From assembly GCF_022846255.1 (NCBI RefSeq), contig NZ_AP025682.1: DNA of 64,000 bases, one strand, 5' to 3'. The notes beneath the pieces were generated by a model that saw nothing but the letters and a program-made list of their open reading frames with translations, was not told the origin of the DNA and did not search any database. The translations under genes and the position numbers were made by a program. Of the stretch, positions 30,553 through 38,251 are shown piece by piece. The DNA comes from Escherichia coli (GTDB lineage: Bacteria > Pseudomonadota > Gammaproteobacteria > Enterobacterales > Enterobacteriaceae). Every line of letters starts with the position of its first letter. Within the stretch, counting starts at the first letter, position 1.

Positions 30553-31770
30553 AGAGTCAGGGTAAGACTACGAAAGCCCGCTCCCAGCAAGGACTGACGC
30601 CAGGTAGTTTCTGTCCATGGCTGCTTTTCGCATCTTACGTCTTAACCCTGCCTTGAATACATTATCATTCGTTAAAATATTAATAGCGATGTGCCGTATC
30701 CCTGAAAATAATTCTGCTGCATTTCCTCTTCTTATTTTGCAGTCGTCTTCATTCATTACCACGTCCAGACGCCAGTGCAGCTTATTCTCCACGTGCCAGT
30801 GGTTTCGGATTGCTGTGGCGAACTTCTCTGCGGTTAAATCAGCAGAACTGATATAATATCTGACCGTCATTTCTGGCTCTTTCTTTTGTTCTGCTATTAT
30901 TGACCGAAAGGAGACTGCCACGCATAATTTCTTCAGACCTTTCCATTCAAACATGAAATCAATAAGTTCATCAGGGACATCGCAAACAATGTGAAGACGG
31001 ATTTCTTCTCTGCCGTGACTTTTTTCACTAATTGCGTAACTGTCATGCTCTGGATTATTTAATTCTTTCAGTGGGAATTTTTCCTCAAAGGCTTTATTAA
31101 GCCGCCCCTGATTTCCTTTTACAGCGAATAAATAATCACCGCCCTGTTTTTGTATCTTCTCTGCGATATCTTTCTGGCAACCCATCGCATCAGTTGTGAT
31201 AATTTTTCCTTTAATATCCAACATGTTAAGAAGTTCATGGATAGCTGTGATCTCATTGGATTTCTCATCCGTCCTGATCTGTCCGATGACCAGACTGTGC
31301 ATTGTTGAGAACGCACTAATGACATGAATCGCTCCCCTGCGGCGACTCTTGTCATAAGAATGCCGGAGCGTTTTTCCATCAATTGCAATAACGTCTTTAT
31401 CATCTGAAGAATGGCAGTCACGCATCCAGTTAATAAAGCACTCGTGAAATTTTGCAGGACTGATACAGGATACAACTCTGGCAATGGTATCGTGAACAGG
31501 AATACCATTTTCAAAATCACCATATTGCTTCAAAAAATCGAGATGTGTTTCCCCAAAATCCTCTATATCTTCCCAGCCTTCTGCACCAGAAATAACGGCA
31601 CAAATAGTCAACAGTAGAATACCCGATAATTTATGTTCCACTTTCCAGGCTTGTCTGTAATCGGGGATAATAGAAATATGTTCCATCAATTTTTTAAGTT
31701 CCATTTTGTTCTACTTAATTATGTAAGGAGTATTTGATCATGTATACGCAATAAAAAACAGCTTCAGGTA
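30553..31770 (-). mobile_element. H-repeat (H-rpt) element, ISAs1-family, copy A (intact)
   Basis: 1214-bp unit directly repeated at 31767-32985; encodes a 378-aa DDE transposase-like H-repeat-associated protein. Confidence 0.8.
30568..31704 (-). CDS. H-repeat-associated protein / ISAs1-family transposase
   Basis: 378 aa, [27 protein letters not shown]..., resembles the YhhI/YdcC H-rpt protein family. Confidence 0.85.
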   Translation of the reverse strand: MELKKLMEHISIIPDYRQAWKVEHKLSGILLLTICAVISGAEGWEDIEDFGETHLDFLKQYGDFENGIPVHDTIARVVSCISPAKFHECFINWMRDCHSSDDKDVIAIDGKTLRHSYDKSRRRGAIHVISAFSTMHSLVIGQIRTDEKSNEITAIHELLNMLDIKGKIITTDAMGCQKDIAEKIQKQGGDYLFAVKGNQGRLNKAFEEKFPLKELNNPEHDSYAISEKSHGREEIRLHIVCDVPDELIDFMFEWKGLKKLCVAVSFRSIIAEQKKEPEMTVRYYISSADLTAEKFATAIRNHWHVENKLHWRLDVVMNEDDCKIRRGNAAELFSGIRHIAINILTNDNVFKAGLRRKMRKAAMDRNYLASVLAGSGLS

Positions 31771-32985
31771 ACAGGGCAAGATTACGAAAGCCCGCTCCCC
31801 GCAAGGACTGACGCCAGATAGTTTCTGTCCATGGCTGCTTTTCGCATCTTACGTCTTAACCCTGCCTTGAATACCTTATCATTCGTCAAAATATTAATAG
31901 CGATGTGCCGTATCCCTGAAAATAATTCTGCTGCATTTCCTCTTCTTATTTTGCAGTCGTCTTCATTCATTACCACGTCCAGACGCCAGTGCAGCTTATT
32001 CTCCACGTGCCAGTGGTTTCGGATTGCTGTGGCGAACTTCTCTGCGGTTAAATCAGCAGAACTGATATAATATCTGACCGTCATTTCTGGCTATTTCTTT
32101 TGTTCTGCTATTATGGACCGAAAGGAGACTGCCACGCATAATTTCTTCAGTCCTTTCCATTCAAACGTGAAATCAATAAGTTCATCAGGGACATCGCAAA
32201 CAATATGAAGACGGATTTCTTCTCTGCCGTGACTTTTTTCACTAATTGCGTAACTGTCATGCTCTGGATTATTCAATTCTTTCAGCGGAAATTTTTCCTC
32301 GAAGGCTTTATTTAGCCGCCCCTGGTTTCCTTTTACAGCGAATAAATAATCACCTCCCTGTTTTTGTATCTTCTCTGCAATATCTTTCTGGCAACCCATC
32401 GCATCAGTTGTGATGATTTTTCCTTTAATATCCAGCATGTTAAGAAGTTCAGGGATAGCTGTAATTTCATTGGATTTCTCATCCGTCCTGATCTGTCCGA
32501 TGACCAGACTGTGCATTGTTGAGAACGCACTAATGACATGAATCGCTCCCCTGCGGCGACTCTTGTCATAAGAATGTCGGAGCGTTTTTCCATCAATTGC
32601 AATAACGTCTTTATCATCTGAAGAATGGCAGTCACGCATCCAGTTAATAAAGCACTCGTGAAATTTTGCAGGACTGATACAGGATACAACTCTGGCAATG
32701 GTATCGTGAACAGGAATACCATTTTCAAAATCACCATATTGCTTCAAAAAATCGAGATGTGTTTCCCCAAAATCCTCTATATCTTCCCAGCCTTCTGCAC
32801 CAGAAATAACGGCACAAATAGTCAACAGTAGAATATCCGATAATTTATGTTCCACTTTCCAGGCTTGTCTGTAATCGGGGATAATAGAAATATGTTCCAT
32901 CAATTTTTTAAGTACCATTTTGTTCTCCTTAATTATGTAAGGAGTATTTGATCATGTATAAGCAATAAAAAACAGCTTCAGGTAA
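31767..32985 (-). mobile_element. H-repeat element copy B (tandem direct repeat of copy A)
   Basis: Near-identical to copy A with a 1214-bp offset, flanking sequence included. Confidence 0.8.
31782..32918 (-). pseudogene. H-repeat-associated transposase gene disrupted by a nonsense mutation
   Basis: GAG to TAG change at 32091-32093 relative to copy A splits the ORF into 275-aa and 100-aa pieces. Confidence 0.8.
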
Positions 32986-33147
32986 TGAGGAATATCTCAA
33001 TTTTTAAACATAAAATGCGAATTATTTAGTACAAAAAAGCAGCGTTACGTGATCTTTCCCTGACTGTGTAGGAAAACAGGTTTCCAAGCCCTTCCGAACC
33101 ATTCATGCCTGCAAACAAAAGCAGCTGCGGCGGCACCGCACTACCAC

Positions 33148-33468
33148 TTACTGTGACGTTATGCGCCCCGGACCACCGGCAGCAAGCGACGCCGCCGCAT
33201 CCTGAACTGCACCAGCCATATCCGAGATCCCTGCTGCTGCAGCGGCAGCCTGCGCAGCAGCTACTGCTGCTTTAACCAGACCTGACGGTTCCGGCAACGC
33301 ACCAAACAGGTCCGCCGCTGCCTGTTCTGCCATCTCCTCGGCGGCACCAGATACATCGGTTACGGCTGAACCTGTGCTCATACCGCCACTTTCGCCAGCT
33401 ATTGGTGGTGTGGTGATGACGGGTCCACCGTTTCCAGCTGGTTTGTTACCCGTAGATACAAAACTCAT
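33148..33468 (-). CDS. Hypothetical Ala/Gly-rich small protein
   Basis: 106-aa ORF, low-complexity composition; coding status uncertain. Confidence 0.3.
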   Translation of the reverse strand: MSFVSTGNKPAGNGGPVITTPPIAGESGGMSTGSAVTDVSGAAEEMAEQAAADLFGALPEPSGLVKAAVAAAQAAAAAAGISDMAGAVQDAAASLAAGGPGRITSQ

Positions 33469-33492
33469 GATATTTATTCCTTTAATATCGGA

Positions 33493-33864
33493 TTAGAATT
33501 TAGCGCCCGGCTGCCAGAAAAAATAAGAAATAACCCGCCACTGTCCATCTTTATAATGAAAAAAACATGTCAGATTTAAATCCCCCCGCAAATGCCAAAA
33601 CATTTCTTTGATGGGAATATTTCTGAATTCAGTATTCGTTGAGCGATAGGTGTTTTCAATTTCTATATAATACTCACCGACAAATTTATAACGAGGCTTT
33701 ATAAATTCATACGCTGGCTGACCATAGTTATTTAATAGAACATTCTCTTCAACTCCATTATACACACCACTCGCATTCAGATAAGCATGCCCAGGAATAT
33801 CAGACATGCTATTTTTCGCCCCACCCACTATCAAAAAAATTATCACAGCGTATATTAGTTTCAT
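33493..33864 (-). CDS. Small secreted protein, candidate immunity protein for the upstream zincin-like protein
   Basis: N-terminal signal peptide (MKLIYAVIIFLIVGGA); 4-nt overlap with the upstream gene. Confidence 0.5.
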   Translation of the reverse strand: MKLIYAVIIFLIVGGAKNSMSDIPGHAYLNASGVYNGVEENVLLNNYGQPAYEFIKPRYKFVGEYYIEIENTYRSTNTEFRNIPIKEMFWHLRGDLNLTCFFHYKDGQWRVISYFFWQPGAKF

Positions 33865-34601
33865 TTTTTTACGCTTTTCACAAAAAAATTAGAACCCGGA
33901 ACCATTCTATTTAACCGCTCAATGACATTTCTCATATAACGAGAGCGCAGTTCCATACCAATATTCATTAACGCACTGGCGTCCCCGGAGAATGGTGTAG
34001 TTGCTTTATCTGCATCATCACTATAGTATTCATCAGCAAGATATCCAATAATATGCCCAAGCTCGTGAGACAGCCCTATTTGCTCATGGCAAACTTTTGA
34101 TGAGCCAAGACATTTAGCTGCTGCAACTATATCTTTAGAGTCAAGTTCAACGTATCGACTATTCCAGACAATGGAACTCTGTCGAAAACTATTTGGATCA
34201 TCATTATCAATTTTAAACACCACCACATCCCAATACCCATGACGATCAGTCTGAATTATTTCTATTGAGAAAGATAAATCCTTACCATTAAACTTACTGG
34301 CAAACTCAGACTTCCCAGAAACGGATAAAAAAATCTTATTATTCCATGTTTGATTAATGACAAAAATAACTTTCCCATGAAAGGCATTTTTCTCCAAATC
34401 TGTCCAGTCAGTTTTTGCATCCCATCTTTTTATCCAATTATATTTCCATCTCAGCAACAATGAGATTGCACCATTTTCACGGTCAATTCTTAAATCTCCC
34501 CAGGCATCATTGTCCCTGATATATCGTTTATCCAGCATTAAGTCGTCATAAGCATCGTATGCCTGCTGAATAGCTTCATCATGAGAGTCACCCATGTTCA
34601 C
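33861..34601 (-). CDS. Putative zinc metallopeptidase (HExxH zincin), candidate T6SS effector
   Basis: HELGHIIGYLADEY motif; located in the T6SS effector array and paired with a signal-peptide protein. Confidence 0.5.
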   Translation of the reverse strand: MNMGDSHDEAIQQAYDAYDDLMLDKRYIRDNDAWGDLRIDRENGAISLLLRWKYNWIKRWDAKTDWTDLEKNAFHGKVIFVINQTWNNKIFLSVSGKSEFASKFNGKDLSFSIEIIQTDRHGYWDVVVFKIDNDDPNSFRQSSIVWNSRYVELDSKDIVAAAKCLGSSKVCHEQIGLSHELGHIIGYLADEYYSDDADKATTPFSGDASALMNIGMELRSRYMRNVIERLNRMVPGSNFFVKSVKK

Positions 34602-34802
34602 CTCCTTATATTGCTATATATCCAATAAACCTGAAGATGCTTGCTTACCCACCAACGCAGACGGGACCAAGGGTAGCCTGAAGTCAACAGATAGCAGTCA
34701 ACTTGAAGTTCATGGGGATATTTGTTTCCCCATCTACACGTTTATCGTCATATTTTTGTATAGCTATTCTCAGCATTCGTGGGTAGATTATTTTTTTCCA
34801 AC

Positions 34803-34915
34803 CGCAGCGCATCCACATACCGCCCCTCGCTGTTCTGCTGCCACAACCAGCCCTGCCCCTGCTGCGCCTGCGTTAACATTTTTGCTAGCCAGCACGGTCA
34901 CGGCAGGCAATTCCA
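34803..34915 (-). repeat. Degenerate duplicate of the 3' end of tagF
   Basis: ~76 bp near-identical to 35897-35972, then a diverged related stretch; direct orientation. Confidence 0.75.
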
Positions 34916-34924
34916 TGACAGGTA

Positions 34925-35398
34925 CTACTCATCCGTACAACCCAGCCCCCGGCGCTGAACCACTTCACTGGCAAACGTAGCTCCGGTTTTTTTCATTATT
35001 CCTTTTTGTATTTTTTGCAGCGCGGGAAATGAGATTCTCCTGCATGAATCCTCTTCCCATATATCACCAGTTACAGGACTAACTGAAAATAGTCCCCACA
35101 CATCTGTCGCTCCGGCGGAAGGAGAATCATAACCTACCCCAAAACTAAAATACCCAGGATGATACAGGTTACCTTTTTTATCTTTCAGAGAACCGTCAAG
35201 AAAAAACCCAGACAATTCCACATTATATTTTTCATTTTTTAGTGAAAAAACCAATAATGCCTGCGCCTGTATTTCAGTAAGACCTGACTGGTTAACAGTC
35301 GTTAGATCAAACCGCGGCACATTCCTGATAAGAATTTCAGCACAACAATTCACGGACACGACCATGAAAAGCAATACTGATATTAATTTACAGGACAT
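34925..35398 (-). CDS. Secreted protein, candidate immunity protein for the GH73-like effector
   Basis: Signal peptide (MSCKLISVLLFMVVSVNC); overlaps the upstream effector-like gene. Confidence 0.5.
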   Translation of the reverse strand: MSCKLISVLLFMVVSVNCCAEILIRNVPRFDLTTVNQSGLTEIQAQALLVFSLKNEKYNVELSGFFLDGSLKDKKGNLYHPGYFSFGVGYDSPSAGATDVWGLFSVSPVTGDIWEEDSCRRISFPALQKIQKGIMKKTGATFASEVVQRRGLGCTDE

Positions 35399-35853
35399 GT
35401 TATTCTCCGCTTAACCATATTAATCACCCACACTAACTCACTAGCATAACCGGTATGGCCGCCATTACTGTTTTTACCTGAATTAAAACCAGAATCAATC
35501 AATGCCTGCGCAAATTGCTCCGGAGATTTTTTATTTCTGACCGCATTACCAAATCGGATTGCAAAGGACTTTCCGCTAGTTGAAAAAAAGGTATAAGTGG
35601 CAACCCACACTTGATTACTCCCCAGCGGGTGAACCTGTCCTGACTGTAAAGGTGCCGGACCATGCATGGAAAAGTAGTTATTGTATTCTGTCGCGATTCT
35701 ACCCTGCCCGTAAAAGGACTCCTTTGCAGCAAGCCCCAGGATATTTTCCACAGGCACATCAAGTTGCTTAGCGATTAATTCACATTCTTTCAGATATTGC
35801 TGTACAAACCTGACTGCACCAGTGTTATTACAGGCTTTATCATAAGACCCCAT
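35383..35853 (-). CDS. Glucosaminidase (GH73/FlgJ-like) domain protein, candidate T6SS peptidoglycan glycoside hydrolase effector
   Basis: LGLAAKESFYGQGRIATEYNNYFSMHG resembles the FlgJ/GH73 catalytic region; no signal peptide; small (156 aa). Confidence 0.55.
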   Translation of the reverse strand: MGSYDKACNNTGAVRFVQQYLKECELIAKQLDVPVENILGLAAKESFYGQGRIATEYNNYFSMHGPAPLQSGQVHPLGSNQVWVATYTFFSTSGKSFAIRFGNAVRNKKSPEQFAQALIDSGFNSGKNSNGGHTGYASELVWVINMVKRRITCPVN

Positions 35854-35880
35854 GATTCACTACTCCTTGTCTGATTATTT

Positions 35881-36651
35881 TTAATGCGGCCGGATATCCA
35901 GCCGCAACGCATCCACATACCGCCCCTCGCTGTTCTGCTGCCAGAACCAGCCCTGCCCCTGCTGCGCCTGCGTCAGCATTTTGTCCGGCCAGCCCGGCCA
36001 CGGCAGGTGGCGCACACCGGGCAGTTCCACTACCGGCACGTCCGGCAGGCCGGTGAGTTCCCGGCTACGCTGCGGTACACGTCGTAAGCCGCGTAGCCAC
36101 TGCGCCCAGCGCGGCCCCGGTCGCCACATCGCCCAGAGCTGGTCTGTCTGCTCCGCCAGTCGACCGCAGCGTTCTGTCTGTGGTGAGACATGAGCTGCCG
36201 TCAACTGCGCCAGCCAGTACAGCCAGCCCTGTGTGTCATCCAGGCTCTCTTCCAGCCATTCCCGCCCGACACGCTGGTAAATCACCAGTGGCCACGGCCT
36301 GCCCGTACTGTCACGCGAGGCGGTCAGGACCCCGGTCAGCCACTCATCGCGCCCGCCAATGGGGAGAAATCCCGGCGACAGCACAAAACTCCACGGCAAT
36401 GGGTGGTGCTCCGGTAGTGCCGTTTTCTCACGTGGTGACAGGTGCATCCAGCCGTCATTTGTTCCGGCCTTCGCAGCATCCGTTCCTTCCGGCAGAACAA
36501 TATGCCGTCCCTGTCCCAGCCACGTTTGCTGGTTCAGCCACGCCTGCCACACCTGCCCTTCGTTCGCGCTCACTCGCCAGCGCACATAGTCCCGCTGGTC
36601 CGGCAGTCTGCCGAACATCGCCGGGGCCGATATCTCTGCCCGGCGCATCAC
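35881..36651 (-). CDS. tagF: T6SS-associated protein TagF (DUF2094 family)
   Basis: N-terminal FGRLPDQRDYVRWR resembles the TagF GKLPxxGDFVxR signature; Trp-rich; follows tssM as in SPI-6-type clusters. Confidence 0.6.
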   Translation of the reverse strand: MMRRAEISAPAMFGRLPDQRDYVRWRVSANEGQVWQAWLNQQTWLGQGRHIVLPEGTDAAKAGTNDGWMHLSPREKTALPEHHPLPWSFVLSPGFLPIGGRDEWLTGVLTASRDSTGRPWPLVIYQRVGREWLEESLDDTQGWLYWLAQLTAAHVSPQTERCGRLAEQTDQLWAMWRPGPRWAQWLRGLRRVPQRSRELTGLPDVPVVELPGVRHLPWPGWPDKMLTQAQQGQGWFWQQNSEGRYVDALRLDIRPH

Positions 36652-36836
36652 AACGTCCTTACCGGACAGGTGAAGTTTTTCAGCAATTCCCGGTAATACA
36701 GAACATAATTCTTCATTTCAATAATAAAGTCAGATATCAGGATTAATTTTCTTCCACAGGAATCAGAGCATTTATAATAAAATCGCTCAGGCATCCCCCC
36801 AACAAAGAGAACAGGAATCAGCTTCCAATAAAATTG

Positions 36837-37313
36837 TTAATTCAGTTCCCAGAACCAGATTTCCTTGCAGCTAAAATAGCAATGTGAATGACATATAGCA
36901 CCTGTGGTAGAAGGCTCAATAAGATCTATATGACCGCCACCGTAACCCGTAATTTTCCAGAAAAAGACCACTCCTCTTTTATTACTGGTGTCTGTTTTAA
37001 ATTTTTCTGAGTCACACCAGATAACTGGTCTTCCAAAAACATCAGCTCGGGAAAGCTGATCTGCCAGTAATTTCGCACCGGTTTCTATTTTCTTCCCTTT
37101 CCAGTCACCACTTTTGATCGTCAGTCGCCCGTTAAAGCTGACGCCTGATTTAATCAGCGCCAGACTCATACGTGTGGCACAGGTATTTACATAACCAGCA
37201 TTTTGCTGTTGCAGTGCTTCATAGTTATAACCCACTTCACTGTACAAAACATCACCATCAATCTGAACTGATGAGTAATGGTTTTTTTTAAGTGTGAAAA
37301 ATGAAGGTTTCAT
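36837..37313 (-). CDS. Tae4-like type VI amidase effector (papain-like Cys/His peptidoglycan amidase)
   Basis: AGYVNTCATRMSLAL (Cys) and GGGHIDLIEP (His) resemble the Tae4 catalytic motifs as I recall them; 158 aa, no signal peptide. Confidence 0.55.
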   Translation of the reverse strand: MKPSFFTLKKNHYSSVQIDGDVLYSEVGYNYEALQQQNAGYVNTCATRMSLALIKSGVSFNGRLTIKSGDWKGKKIETGAKLLADQLSRADVFGRPVIWCDSEKFKTDTSNKRGVVFFWKITGYGGGHIDLIEPSTTGAICHSHCYFSCKEIWFWELN

Positions 37314-38005
37314 TTATTATTTCCTTTATCACAGGAGTGTTTACTTAGTGCCTCAATAATAATATTTGCAGCCCGTTCATTCAGTTTATCTGACGTTTTT
37401 TTTCTGAAATACCAGTAAATAATCTCATCCAGTGTAACTGTTTTAATCGTTTTATAATCGCACCATGTTTTTCTTTCCGTGGCATCTTCTATACCCAAAA
37501 GATAGATTTTCGCATTAAGCCTATCCTGCCTGTTATCTGACTGCCAGAAGCGGAAAAAATCATCTCCGTTCAGATCGAACGCGCCAGAGGTCAGGTGTGA
37601 AACAGATGAATGCCGGGGAGATTTTTTTTCCGGTGATGCCATATCCGGGCAGGGAAACAGCCTGACCATCGCTTGTTCAATCAGAGTTGAAGCTCGCATA
37701 TTCATATCGTTAACCGACTGCTGATTAAGATATGTCAGTACCGATGAATAAAGTTCTATTTCATTAATCTTATTATATCCACACCAGGTTTTACTTTCTG
37801 TCGCATCACTCACACCAAGGACATACATCAGAACATTTTCTTTTTCCTGTGACGTTCCACGAGCATAAAATGACAAAAATTCCTGCGCACTGAGATTAAT
37901 ATAATCGGGGTCAATAGTTCCTGTGTTTTTTCTGATATCAGCAAAAACATTTCCTGACATGGCATATAACAAAAAAATAATAAAAAAACGCGTATATTGT
38001 TGCAT
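37310..38005 (-). CDS. Secreted tandem-repeat protein, candidate immunity protein (two ~100-aa repeats each with paired Cys)
   Basis: Signal peptide; internal duplication (VLGVSDATESKTWCGYNKI... / LLGIEDATERKTWCDYKTI...). Confidence 0.5.
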   Translation of the reverse strand: MQQYTRFFIIFLLYAMSGNVFADIRKNTGTIDPDYINLSAQEFLSFYARGTSQEKENVLMYVLGVSDATESKTWCGYNKINEIELYSSVLTYLNQQSVNDMNMRASTLIEQAMVRLFPCPDMASPEKKSPRHSSVSHLTSGAFDLNGDDFFRFWQSDNRQDRLNAKIYLLGIEDATERKTWCDYKTIKTVTLDEIIYWYFRKKTSDKLNERAANIIIEALSKHSCDKGNNK

Positions 38006-38251
38006 ATCATGCTTCCTGAATCACGGTAGTAGGATGGTCGCTATAACGTCGGTTTAAGAAAGTTTATAGTTTTGTTGCGTCGTTGCCCTGCCATCTCAGT
38101 ATATAAGTGACATTAATGGTGCCTTTTTGCTCACCTGGTGTAACGGCCTGTTTTAGCATACAACTCCACGTCAAGACATCCGTGAATGCAGCCTTTAGCA
38201 TAGTCACATGGGTCCGGTAGTCTGCCAACGATACTGCCGCCGCCCGGCGTA

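Noticed and set aside
30528-30560. Island boundary: searched for an integrase gene and a direct repeat of the tRNA-Asp 3' end
   Set aside because: Neither is evident by eye anywhere between yafV and aspV; the boundary is defined only by synteny break and H-rpt elements
31119-31523. 134-aa minus-strand ORFs nested inside both H-rpt copies (also 32333-32737), and + strand 79-aa ORFs at 30617/31831
   Set aside because: Alternative frames inside the transposase genes; duplicated only because the element is duplicated
30553-32985. Tandem repeats considered as a possible CRISPR array
   Set aside because: Repeat unit is 1.2 kb and protein-coding; no short repeat-spacer periodicity anywhere in the window
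34594-34980. 128-aa plus-strand ORF
   Set aside because: Spans the degenerate tagF 3'-end duplicate and intergenic DNA; its sequence is explained by the repeat, not by a gene
36180-36746. 188-aa plus-strand ORF and several other + ORFs across 35884-36700
   Set aside because: Overlap tagF on the opposite strand; Pro/Ala/Arg-rich translations with no motifs
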